Below, piece after piece: positions 9,448-19,300 of a DNA stretch of 64,000 bases. The DNA is taken from NCBI GenBank assembly GCA_963748625.1, contig CAVVJT010000010.1, positions 1,280,001-1,344,000 on the forward strand, given 5' to 3'. The notes under the pieces are model-generated. The model had not been told where the DNA came from. It made no database searches and worked only from the letters and a program-made list of their open reading frames with translations. The position numbers and the translations under genes were made by a program. Position 1 is the first letter of the stretch; every line of letters starts with the position of its first letter. This DNA is from an uncultured Chloroflexia bacterium. GTDB taxonomy: Bacteria > Chloroflexota > Limnocylindria > Limnocylindrales > CSP1-4.

Positions 9448-11277
9448 TCAGCGCAGGAGCACGTCCGCAAGGGCCAGCATCTGGCGGGGCAGCTCCTCGA
9501 ACGAGGCGACGGGCACGAGACGACCACCGCCCGCATTGGCGAGGTCAGCACCGGCCTGGCGCACCGGCGTGATCCAGACCGTGGACCGGCCCGGCTGGGC
9601 GGATTGCGTGTGCAGAACGTGGAGGCGCCGCATCCGCGAGGCCACCGGGCGCGGGTTGCCGCCCGCCGTGTACTGGCCGTCGCTCACGAGCACGGCTGCG
9701 CTGCGCGGGTCACGCGAGCGGGCGAGCTGGCGCTCCCCCGCCTCCAGCGCGGCCTCGATGTTCGTGGAGCCGCGACACGGCCGCTCCAGCATCCGGCGCA
9801 CCATCTCCTCGGCCGGCAGCCGCTCGCCGAGCGTGACCACGTCGGCCGCATCGTCGGAGAAGGCGACGATGCCCAGGTCTCCGGGCTGCACCTTGAGGGC
9901 CAGCACGGCCGCCGCGACCGCCGCGAGCGCCATCGGCTCGCCTGACATGCTCCCCGAGGTGTCCACCATCAGGACGACCTGGCGGCGCTCCTCCACCCGG
10001 TGCTCCACCACCCAGTCAGCCGCGTCCGCCCAGCGCTTGCCCGCGGTGTTCTCGAGCGTGCCCGCCACGTCGAGCTCGCCGTGAGGCGCAACGTCCGGCG
10101 TGGTCCGCCGGAGGCGTGACCGTCCACGCATCGGACCCACCAGCGCGACGGCACGGCGCATCACGCTCGCGACGGCCAGGCGCTCGGCAACCTCCAGCGC
10201 GTCGTCGTCGAGATGGCGCAGGCGGCCGGTCGTCAGCCGGGTCGCGACCTCCCAGCCGTCGGGTTCCCCGTCGCTCTTGGTGAGGCCCAGGCTAGCAAGC
10301 GCGCGGGCGAGCGCCTCACGGGCGGCAGTGCCTGGATCGGGCAGCTCGGGGGATGGGGCGTCAGGGTCAGGGTGGGTGCCGATCACATCGACCAGTGGGG
10401 GCGAGCGATCGTCCTCGACCGCCTCGGCCAGCACCCGGTCGACCAGCTCGTCGAGCACGGCGTCGAAGCCCTGGCCGGCGTCGTCGCGGAGGTCGATGCG
10501 CGTCCGGAAGGCAGCCGCGGCTGCACGCCGCAGGACGGCCCGATCGGTGGCCGGGTCCACGCCCGCGGCGGCTCCGAGGCTCGCTGCGATCTGCACGGTG
10601 GCCACGGCGCCCCGGACCGACGCGCCCTTGCGGACCCGCGGATGCTCGCGCGTCGCCCGGGCCAGGCGGACGGCAGCGATGACCAGCGCCGGGTCGTCCA
10701 CGCCGGACTCCGCGACCACGATCGCGGCCTCCTCGGCCTCGGCCTGGTAGACGAGCGCGAGGTGCTCGAAGCGGTCCCGCAACGCCTCGGACAAGTGCCC
10801 CGTGGCCACGTACTCCACCGGGTTTTGCGTGGCGACCACCTGGAACCCCGGCGCCGCGACCACCTCGCCCAGGTGCGGCACGCCGATCCGCCGCTCGTCG
10901 AGCGCCGGCAGCAGCACGTTCTGGACCGTCTCGGGCATCCGGTTCAGCTCGTTGATGAACAGGACAGCGCCCGCGCGCATCGCGGCGACCAGCGGGCCGG
11001 CGTTGAAGCTCTCCTCGCCATAGCCGACGGAGAGCACCAGGGGCGGGTCGAACCAGCCGGTGAGCTTCGCCTCCGAGTAGCGGTCGTCGCCGTCCACGCG
11101 GACCGTGTCGCGCCCAAGGTGATCGCAGACCGCGAGCGCGATCGTCGTCTTGCCCACGCCGACGGGGCCCTCGAGCAGCAGGTGACGCCCGGCGCCCAGC
11201 ACGGCCAGCGCGAGGGCGAGCTCGTCCTCGCGGCCGACGATGCCGTGCTGCTCCTGGATCTGGCGGACGCGGTTCAC
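9448..11277 (-). CDS. MoxR-like AAA+ ATPase fused to a C-terminal VWA domain
   Basis: EGPVGVGKTT, FINELNR, ATQNP, EALRDRF; C-terminal DTSGSM MIDAS, GSTNI, VSDG; GTG at 11277 after a GGGAG RBS. Confidence 0.85.
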   Translation of the reverse strand: MNRVRQIQEQHGIVGREDELALALAVLGAGRHLLLEGPVGVGKTTIALAVCDHLGRDTVRVDGDDRYSEAKLTGWFDPPLVLSVGYGEESFNAGPLVAAMRAGAVLFINELNRMPETVQNVLLPALDERRIGVPHLGEVVAAPGFQVVATQNPVEYVATGHLSEALRDRFEHLALVYQAEAEEAAIVVAESGVDDPALVIAAVRLARATREHPRVRKGASVRGAVATVQIAASLGAAAGVDPATDRAVLRRAAAAAFRTRIDLRDDAGQGFDAVLDELVDRVLAEAVEDDRSPPLVDVIGTHPDPDAPSPELPDPGTAAREALARALASLGLTKSDGEPDGWEVATRLTTGRLRHLDDDALEVAERLAVASVMRRAVALVGPMRGRSRLRRTTPDVAPHGELDVAGTLENTAGKRWADAADWVVEHRVEERRQVVLMVDTSGSMSGEPMALAAVAAAVLALKVQPGDLGIVAFSDDAADVVTLGERLPAEEMVRRMLERPCRGSTNIEAALEAGERQLARSRDPRSAAVLVSDGQYTAGGNPRPVASRMRRLHVLHTQSAQPGRSTVWITPVRQAGADLANAGGGRLVPVASFEELPRQMLALADVLLR

Positions 11278-11321
11278 GACGACTCCCGGGCGGATGGCGG
11301 ACGCACGCCGATGGTAGCCGG

Positions 11322-12035
11322 TCAGGCCTGCCCGACTGGGGCCGCCGCGACCGGTGCCTCCGCGGCGGCGTTCACGCGCGCGAGCAGCGCGAACACCGGC
11401 TGGGCCGCCTCGAACCCGTCGCACAGGAGGTCGGGCAGGTCGGGCGACAGCACGTCCGCGTCAGAGAGCCGGCGGCTGAAGATCAGGTCCTTGAGCCTGA
11501 GCAGCTCGCCGTCCGGATGGTCCTTCGCAAACCCGGCCGGGACACGGGCCAAGCGCTCCTCCGCGTAGATGGAGCCGTAGGCGGCTGTGAAACCCTGCTC
11601 GCTGAGTGCCCCATGCACCGCCTCAGGATCCGTGTCCACCAGGCGCCGCCAAGCCACCAGGACCGGCGTCGGCGGCCGGTAGAGGCCACCGCCGGTGAAG
11701 ATCTCGCCGGGCTCCATGTGGAAGTAGCCGGCCGGCCCGCCGCCGACCGCCGGGAACTGCGCGCTCACCGCGGTCTTGTAGGGCGTCTTGTCCTTGGAGA
11801 ACCGCGTATCGCGGTAGATCCGGAAGGGCGATCGCTGGTCCGCCGTGAGGGCGATGCCGCGCGCCTCGAACCGCGCGGCAAGCGTCAGGCACAGGGCCTC
11901 GAGCGGGCGCTTGAGCAGCGCCTCGAACTGCGCCTTGCGCGGGTTGAACCACGCACGATCGTTGTTGGCGGCGAGCTCGACGAGGAAGGCGATGCCTTCG
12001 GGCGGGAAGCCCTCGAACTGGATCTGGTCGGCCAC
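11322..12035 (-). CDS. DUF2461 (TIGR02453-like) family protein
   Basis: FLVELAANNDRAWF, FRIYRDTRFSKDKTPYK, GYFH; GTG start after GGGAG. Confidence 0.88.
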   Translation of the reverse strand: MADQIQFEGFPPEGIAFLVELAANNDRAWFNPRKAQFEALLKRPLEALCLTLAARFEARGIALTADQRSPFRIYRDTRFSKDKTPYKTAVSAQFPAVGGGPAGYFHMEPGEIFTGGGLYRPPTPVLVAWRRLVDTDPEAVHGALSEQGFTAAYGSIYAEERLARVPAGFAKDHPDGELLRLKDLIFSRRLSDADVLSPDLPDLLCDGFEAAQPVFALLARVNAAAEAPVAAAPVGQA

Positions 12036-12249
12036 AGGGTGCTCCCGGGAGGCGGCGGATGGGCGGCGGCGTGGCGCGGACGCTACCACGACCGACTTCA
12101 CGCCAACTTGACCGTCCTCCGTCGCAGCCAGGCACGTGCCGTCGTGCAAGACGTACGCAATGTCTGAGGCCGAAACCGGGATGCCGATGCAACGTCCTGC
12201 CACGCACAGTTGCCCGACCGGGGAACCATCCGCAATCAGGAGGGTCGGA

Positions 12250-12498
12250 GTGGCCAAGTTCATGGATGTCCACGAGGGCATGTTCGGCGTGACGCCAGAA
12301 GCGCTTCGGGCGGCCCACCAGGCCGATCTCGACATCCAGGGTGAGGAAGGCGTCGACTTCCAGCACGCCTGGGCAGACCCTGATTCGGGACGGGTGTGGT
12401 GCGTGTCCGAGGCGCCCAACGCCGACGCCGTCCGCCGGATCCACGAGCGTGCCGGCCACCCCGCCGCCGAGGTCTTCCCGGTTCCCGTCGAGGCCTGA
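12250..12498 (+). CDS. DUF4242 / SCO4226-family nickel-binding protein
   Basis: FMDVH...AHQADL...WADPDSGRVWCVSEAPNADAVRRIHERAGHP. Confidence 0.85.
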   Translation: MAKFMDVHEGMFGVTPEALRAAHQADLDIQGEEGVDFQHAWADPDSGRVWCVSEAPNADAVRRIHERAGHPAAEVFPVPVEA

Positions 12499-12534
12499 CC
12501 TCCCTCCCTGCTCCACCCGTGCCATGCTCCGGGC

Positions 12535-13095
12535 ATGGAACCGATCTTCCTCGTCCTCGGCGGCCCGGCCGTCGGGAAGTCCACGACCTCCCGGTTGCTC
12601 GCCGACGCCTTCCCGCGGAGCATCCACGTACCGGTGGACGACATCCGCCACATGGTCCGTGGCGGCCTGGCCTTGCCCGCCCTCCCGTGGACGGACGAGA
12701 TCAGCCGCCAGGTCACGCTCGGGCGTGAGGCGGCGCTTGCGGTAGCAGAGCACTACGCGTCCCAGGGGTTCGCGGTGGTGATGGACGACTTCTGGGATCC
12801 GCACCATGCGGCCGAGTACCGCGACGTCGTGCGGCGTCCGGGCGTGCACGGGGTGCTGCTGCACGCCCCACGCGAGGTGGCGCTCCAGCGGAACCGGGTG
12901 CGGTCGCCCGGCCCGGAGGGCGACTACATCGAGGGCGCGATCGCGCATGCCGCGGGGATCATCGGGCCGGTCCTGGACCGTCTCCCGGCCGAGGGCTGGA
13001 CGGTGATCGACACGTCAGCACTCACCCCGGAAGCCACGGTGGCCGCCATCCTCGAGGCGGCGGGCCTTGAGGTTGGGATCGGGCTCAGGGGCTGA
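12535..13095 (+). CDS. P-loop nucleotide kinase-like protein (AAA_33-type)
   Basis: GGPAVGKSTT Walker A, VDDIRHMV, IDTSALTPE. Confidence 0.8.
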   Translation: MEPIFLVLGGPAVGKSTTSRLLADAFPRSIHVPVDDIRHMVRGGLALPALPWTDEISRQVTLGREAALAVAEHYASQGFAVVMDDFWDPHHAAEYRDVVRRPGVHGVLLHAPREVALQRNRVRSPGPEGDYIEGAIAHAAGIIGPVLDRLPAEGWTVIDTSALTPEATVAAILEAAGLEVGIGLRG

Positions 13096-14548
13096 CCCAC
13101 AGCTCCGAGGCGCCCTGACCGAGATCCATCCCCGTCCAGTAGCGGTTCACCAGCAGGACGAGCCGGCCGCCCGCCCAGCCGTGGCCGTCGATGAAGTACT
13201 CGCCGCGCCCGTCGAACTCGACCGAGTCGATCCCCCACCAAGACCGGCCGTCCCGCGAACCGGCAAGCACGCCCATCCGGGTCACGTCGTGGCGCCTGTC
13301 CGTGTCCGCGCGACGCCCGATGACCAGCCAGCGCGTGGGAGAGGCGATCACGCGCGTCGTGCCCTGGTCGAGCTCGACCACGGACAGCCGTGGGCCGGAG
13401 AGGCGCTGCCAGCCATCGGCCGGCGTCCACCGCCAGATGCCCGGTTGCTGGTCGCCCTCGCCCGAACCGCGCAGGCCGGCCGCCAGGAGTCCTTCCCCGG
13501 GGCCGCCGCCCGCGATGCTCGTGAGGCGGACGTCCTCCATGCCGACGGCGATCGGCACCTCGGTCCAGGTCCTCCCATCGGGGCTCGTCCACACGCCCTG
13601 CGCACCAGACAGCGCGCCGAAGCGGACGCTCTCGCGCTCGACGGCGTCGAGACCAGCGATCGTGGGGCCGCTGCGTCCCGCCAGCACGAAGCCGCCACCG
13701 GGCACCACACCCACGGCGTCCACGATGAGGGCCGGCGCTCCGGGAAGCTCCACCTTCTGCCAGCGGCGGCCACCGGCCGAGAACCAGATGCCCGCATGGG
13801 CGCCGTAGGGCTGCCAGCCGATGAAGCGGCGGCCATCGGAGGCCACGGTGTCCACAGGGACCCGGCGCCCTGCGGTGGGGCGGGCACGGGTCCACCTCCG
13901 CGCGTCGGGGGACCACCAGGCGCCGCCCCCGGCGAGCACGTACCGCTCGCCGTTGGCGGCAATCGACTGCACCTGCGCATCAAGGCCCGGGCCGGAGGCG
14001 ACACGGGTTGTCCAGGTGCGCAGGTCCGACGAGATGGCGAGCGTGGGCGGCCCGGGGAACCCGCCACCGTCGTAGGTCAGGACCTCGATGCAGCCGACGG
14101 GGCCGCACGCGAACGAGGTGGCCGTGCCGTCACTGGCGTACCGCTTGTGCCACGTGATGCCGAGACCCCGGGACGGCGCGGTCGCCTTGGGCGGGATGAC
14201 CGTCTCGACGGGGACGTCGGGCCCAGGGGTGACGGTCGGCGCCCAAGTGGGCGCGAGTGTCGCAGTCGCACCCGGGGTGGACGTCGGGGCAGGCGTCGGC
14301 GTGAGGGACGGCGGTTGGGTCGCAGTGGCGATCGCCGGCGGCGTCCGGGTCGGGGTCTGAGCAGGCGTCTGGGTCGGTTGGCTTGACGCTGGTGGCACAG
14401 CCGAAGCCGGCACGGCGGACGTTGCGCCGGCCGAAGCGGGCGGCGCTGTGGTTGGCGTGGACGACGGGGCCGTGCCACCACATGCGGTCGTGACCAGCAG
14501 GATCGCGCTCAGCCCGAGCAGCCGGATGCCGGCCATGCGTCTCGCCAC
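13085..14548 (-). CDS. Secreted lipoprotein with Pro/Thr-rich stalk and Asp-box-like (WxSxDGxxW) beta-propeller
   Basis: Lipobox VTTAC, PT-rich linker, repeats WWSPDARRW, WFSAGGRRW, WTSPDGRTW, GSRDGRSW; start uncertain. Confidence 0.75.
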   Translation of the reverse strand: MARRMAGIRLLGLSAILLVTTACGGTAPSSTPTTAPPASAGATSAVPASAVPPASSQPTQTPAQTPTRTPPAIATATQPPSLTPTPAPTSTPGATATLAPTWAPTVTPGPDVPVETVIPPKATAPSRGLGITWHKRYASDGTATSFACGPVGCIEVLTYDGGGFPGPPTLAISSDLRTWTTRVASGPGLDAQVQSIAANGERYVLAGGGAWWSPDARRWTRARPTAGRRVPVDTVASDGRRFIGWQPYGAHAGIWFSAGGRRWQKVELPGAPALIVDAVGVVPGGGFVLAGRSGPTIAGLDAVERESVRFGALSGAQGVWTSPDGRTWTEVPIAVGMEDVRLTSIAGGGPGEGLLAAGLRGSGEGDQQPGIWRWTPADGWQRLSGPRLSVVELDQGTTRVIASPTRWLVIGRRADTDRRHDVTRMGVLAGSRDGRSWWGIDSVEFDGRGEYFIDGHGWAGGRLVLLVNRYWTGMDLGQGASELWVSP

Positions 14549-14608
14549 CCCTTCCGCTGCTGGACGCCGAACCTGTGACGCCCGACCCGGCCCCGGCGTT
14601 GCACCGGC

Positions 14609-14911
14609 TCAGCCGGTTGGGGCCGGTGGCCTGCGTTGGCCGCCCAACTGGCGCGCCATCGTCCAGCCGGTGGCCCCCAGCGCCGCGCTCACGAGCGTGG
14701 GCAGCCCGATCCAGAACCAGGACTCCAACAAGAGGCTGAACCAGGTCTCGCCCGACTCGGACATGTGCGCGGGGTCCACCCAGACGACGGCCACGATCAC
14801 GTTCCCGACCAGGAACGAGGCCCACATCAGGATGCCCGCAACGACGCCCGTGCGAAGCCGGCGGTGACCCGGGGCGACGGCCCAGGCGACGCCTCCAGCG
14901 ACGGCGCACAC
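14609..14911 (-). CDS. Small membrane protein (hypothetical), start uncertain
   Basis: Three hydrophobic segments; an RBS plus ATG near 14978 lies in another frame. Confidence 0.5.
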   Translation of the reverse strand: MCAVAGGVAWAVAPGHRRLRTGVVAGILMWASFLVGNVIVAVVWVDPAHMSESGETWFSLLLESWFWIGLPTLVSAALGATGWTMARQLGGQRRPPAPTG

Positions 14912-15047
14912 CGAAAGGCCCGGGCTGCTGGCCCGGGCCCCGTCGGCGGAGGGAGGAGGAGGTGCCCGTAGAGTGCATGGGCGTTCCTTGCGATTCGATG
15001 ACGCTCGGACTGGACCTTTGCGCCTGCCTCACACGAGCCGAGCGCCT

Positions 15048-15082
15048 CGCCTGCACGCCTGCCGCCTGCACGCCTGCCGCCT
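15048..15082. repeat. 15-bp tandem repeat (CGCCTGCACGCCTGC x2.3) running into the 146-bp element
   Basis: Read directly from sequence. Confidence 0.7.
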
Positions 15083-15221
15083 GGCGGGCCTTGTGTGCGC
15101 GATCCTGCACGTTCTGCCCGCCGGCCGGGATGACGCTGGCTGATACGGGCGCGGAGAGGCGATCCATGCCGCTGAACGGGACGATTGCGCGAAATCCTGC
15201 GCGCAAGGCCCGCTGGGCGGG
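15076..15221. repeat. 146-bp four-box palindromic dispersed element, copy 2 (opposite orientation to copy 1)
   Basis: Boxes at 15076, 15117, 15168, 15209. Confidence 0.85.
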
Positions 15222-15281
15222 AGGCCACGGGGGCAACACGAGGGCAGGAGCTGGGTCGGGACGCGCGGGCGCCCGCCTCGA

Positions 15282-16130
15282 TCAGCCCGCGGGTTCGACC
15301 GGGCGGGTGAGCGACAGCAGCGCGCTGGGCAGCACCGCCCGGGCGAGCTCGTCCGGATCGGCGTCACCGCCTGCGAGCAGCGCACGCCTGATGCTGCGCT
15401 CGGCGAGGGCGGTCATGGTGTCGACCACATCGACCGGGTCCACGGTGAGCTCCCGGCCGGCGCGTCCCACCGCGTCCACGATGAACGAGCCGAGCCGCTC
15501 GCGGAACCGGAGGTTGACCTCCAGGAGCTGGCGCGACATGTCCGGCCGCCGGATGGCGTGGATCTCCAGTTCCGTCTGGACGAGCATCATGGTCCGGTCG
15601 ACCGGGATGGTCCGCAGCACCCGGTCAACGATCGAGGCGACGACCGCCGGCAGCTGGTCATCGGCACCCGCGATCTCGGGCGTGACCTCCACCAGGGCGG
15701 CGTCCAGGTGCTCCATGAGGCGCGCCTGCTCACGCTCCACGAGCGCATGGACGACATCGTCCTTGTCGGCGAAGTTGGAGTAGAACGCCCCGCGCGTGAA
15801 GCCTGCCTTCTCGCAGACGTCCTCCACGCTGCCGCCCATGACGCCGCGCTCCGCGAAGACGTCGCGCGCCGCGTCCAGCACGCGCTGGCGGGTGGCCTCG
15901 CGACGAGCCGAGCGGTGGATGCTGCCGCCGTGTGCATCGTCGGGATCAAGGCGGTGGGCGACAGGCTCCGTCAGGGCCGCGGGGGCCATGGCATCCGGAG
16001 CAGCAGGGGCAGCGGACACGGCCGATGGGCCAGCGGAAACGGCGGCTGGGGCAGCGGGCGCGTCGGCAGCCGTGGGCGCGGGCGTGCCCATCCAGGCCGC
16101 CCAATCGCCAGGCCGCGGCTCGCGTCCCAT
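15282..16130 (-). CDS. TetR/AcrR family transcriptional regulator
   Basis: TRQRVLDAARDVFAERG...SVEDVCEKAGFTRGAFYSNFADKDD HTH; Ala/Pro-rich N-terminal extension, so start uncertain. Confidence 0.9.
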   Translation of the reverse strand: MGREPRPGDWAAWMGTPAPTAADAPAAPAAVSAGPSAVSAAPAAPDAMAPAALTEPVAHRLDPDDAHGGSIHRSARREATRQRVLDAARDVFAERGVMGGSVEDVCEKAGFTRGAFYSNFADKDDVVHALVEREQARLMEHLDAALVEVTPEIAGADDQLPAVVASIVDRVLRTIPVDRTMMLVQTELEIHAIRRPDMSRQLLEVNLRFRERLGSFIVDAVGRAGRELTVDPVDVVDTMTALAERSIRRALLAGGDADPDELARAVLPSALLSLTRPVEPAG

Positions 16131-16143
16131 CGTGCCCTCCGTC

Positions 16144-16195
16144 GATACATATCTGTATCCGATACATTGACGTATCGAATACGCGGCCGTATCCT
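16144..16195 (+). promoter_or_regulatory. Sigma70-type promoter of the MMPL-YhgE gene overlapped by two tandem palindromic operators (putative TetR sites)
   Basis: TTGACG (16167)-17 bp-TATCCT (16190); GATAC-N6-GTATC at 16144-16159 and 16161-16176. Confidence 0.75.
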
Positions 16196-16313
16196 ACCCG
16201 GCGCGACACACCGCCGCAACCCCTGACGCCATTTCGACCCGCGGCCCCGGCCGCGCCCATAGCGACCGGCGCCGGCGCAACCACCGCGCGGCCCGGGGAG
16301 GCACCACCGTCCC

Positions 16314-19300
16314 ATGTTCGAGCGCCTCGGCTCAGCGACCTTCCGGTTCCGCTTCCTGATCCTGCTAGCGTGGATTGCGGCGGGCGTCTTCATGGCCACG
16401 CAGGCGCCCAGCCTGGCCGGGTCCGGCTCCACCGACCAGACCACCTTCCTGCCCGCCAATGCCCCCTCGGTTCAGGCCAAGAACGCCCTGGAGCGGGCCT
16501 TCCCGGGCAGCACCTCCTCGTCGTCGGCCACGATCACCATGGACCGCCCGACTGGCCTGACCGACGCCGACCGCGCGTGGCGCGACGAGCTCACGGCCTG
16601 GGCCGTGAGCGACCAGGCTCCCGAGGAGCTGCGCGCGGCTGCCACCGAGGCCGAGACCGCGGACTCCCGCCCTGAGCTGGCAGAGCTGTTCCGCGCCGAG
16701 GACGGGACGTTCGAGCTGTTCGTGATCAACCTCAACGTCGCCGAGGCCGGCGACGCGGCCAGGGTCGTCACCGAGCAGCTGCGCGAGCACATCGCGGCGA
16801 CTGCCCCTGCCGGGCTCGAGACCCACGTGACCGGCGCCGCCGCCATCAGCTCCGACTACCTCGAGGCGGTGCAGGTCGGCACGGACAGCACCACCACGAT
16901 CACGATCTTCCTGGTGATCGTCGTCCTGCTCGCGATCTACCGCGCCCCGCTCGCGGCGCTCATCCCGCTGGTCACGATCGGCGCCGCGTACGTGATCTCC
17001 ACCGGCATCCTGGGCTTCCTCGCCCAGGCCGGCTGGTCGGTGAGCTCGACCCTGGCCACGTTCCTCGTGGTGATGGTGTTCGGCGTCGGGACGGACTACG
17101 CGATCTTCCTGATCAGCCGCTACCGCGAGGAGGTCTCCCACGAGACCGACTGGCATGACGCCGCCAAGGTCACCGTCAAGCGCATCGGCGCGGTGATCAC
17201 GGCGTCCGCCGGGACGGTGATCGTGGGCATGCTCGCGATGGGCGCGGGCGACTTCAAGATGATCGCGTCCATGGGCCCGGGCATCGCGATCGCGATCGCG
17301 GTGACGCTGGTGGCCGCCCTGACCCTCTCCCCCGCCCTGCTCTCCATCTTCGGCCACTACCTGTTCTGGCCGCTCCACACCAAGGAGAAGCACGAGGGCG
17401 AGCCCCGCGGCTTCTTCGCGGCGCTGGCAGCCGCGGTCTCGAGGCGTCCGGCGGTCTGGACGGCCGCCCTCCTGGTCGTGCTGATCGTGCCCGCGCTCTA
17501 CCTGCCCCAGGCGGAATCCAACTTCGACGTGATGGCGGACCTGCCCGCCGAGGCCGACTCGCGCATCGGCTACGAGCAGATCGGCGAGCACCTGGGCGAG
17601 GACAAGCTCGTCCAGTCGACGGGCCTGGTAGACCTCGGCGGCGAGGGCGACATCCTCGCGCCCGCACAGCTCGCGCGCCTCCATGCGCTGATGGTCGCCC
17701 TCCACGAGGACGCGGGCATCGCGACCACCACCAGCATCGTCACGCCTGACGGCGACACGACCGTTCCCGACGGCTTCCGGCCGTCGGCCACGCTGGGCGA
17801 GATCGCCGACGGCTTCGCGGGCGACGACGGCACCTCCCAGGAGACCGACAGCGCGAGCCTCCTCGACGGCGAGGTGGAGGACGGGCTCAACCAGGCCCTC
17901 GACTACATCAATGGCTTGGGCGTCGCCTTCCCCGACGTCGCCGCAGGCCAGGCCATGCGCGACGCGCAGGCGGGCCTCGAGCACGCCCTCGACATCGTCG
18001 ACCGGGTCCAGAAGCAGGCGGTCCTGACCACCCAGCTGCGCACCCTGTCGGCGTCCATCACGGACCCATCGAACGCTGCCGCCTCGTCCGGCGAGGACAC
18101 CGGCGACGACTCCACCCTCATGAGCGACTACCTCGCCGAGCTGGGCGCCGCCTACCCCGAGGTGAAGGCGCTCGACGCCTGGAAGGACGGCGTCAAGGCC
18201 GCCCGCGACCTCGAGCAGGACGCCTCGATCAGTGCGGCGCTTGCCCTGGCCGATGCCTTCGACGCCCTCGCCGACCACTTCGCGGCGACCGCCCCCGACG
18301 CCACCCTCACCCCCGAGAGCCTGGCCGGGACCACGGCCGCCAAGGAGCTCAAGAAGGAGGCCGAGGACACCTTCAACGCGTTGCCCGACGAGTTCTCGGC
18401 GCTCGCCGCGGTCTTCGCGGACCGCCCGGACGACTTCTACATCCCCACGTCGCTGACCGGCGACGATGCCGAGAAGCTCCAGGACGCGATCGACGCGTTC
18501 GTGTCCGCGGACGGCACGGCCACCCGCTTCTACCTGACGTCGTCCAACTCGCCCTACTCCGGCGGGGCGTTCCAGGTGGTCAAGGACACGCGCGTCGTGA
18601 TGGAGGACCACGCGCCGGGCTTCGGCGCCGCGGCCACCGCCCATGTCGGCGGACCCATCGCGCAGTTCACCGACGTCAACGACACGCTCGCCAAGGACTT
18701 CCAGAAGGTCGGCGTGATCACGGTCATCGGCATCCTGCTGGTGCTGATGCTGCTGCTGCGCGCGATCGTGGCGCCGCTGTACCTGGTCGCCACCGTGGTC
18801 ATCTCGTACGCGTCCACCATCGGCCTGTCCGCGTTCATCTTCCAGGAGATCATGGGCCAGCCGGGCATCAGCCCGTACCTGCCGCTGATGGTCTTCGTGC
18901 TCCTGGTCGCCCTCGGCTCGGACTACAACATCTTCCTGATGCACCGCGTGCGCGAGGAGGCGGAGACCCGGAACATGCGCGACGCCGTGCGGGTCGCGTC
19001 CGGGCACACGGGCGCCGTCATCACGTCGGCCGGCCTGATCCTGGCGGGCACGTTCGGCTCCATGGCCACCGCACCGCTCACGATCCTGTTCCAGGTGGGC
19101 ATCGCGGTCGCGATCGGCGTGTTGATCGACACGTTCCTCGTGCGCTCGATCCTGGTGCCCGCGATCACGACGCTCGTGGGCGACTGGGCCTGGTGGCCGT
19201 CGAAGATGGTCCACCACATCGCGGTCCCGGTGCCAGTGGGCGAGGGCGCCGGCGAGGCGCCGGTCCCGGTGCCGGCCCCGGCGCCGGTCCCGGCGGGCGG

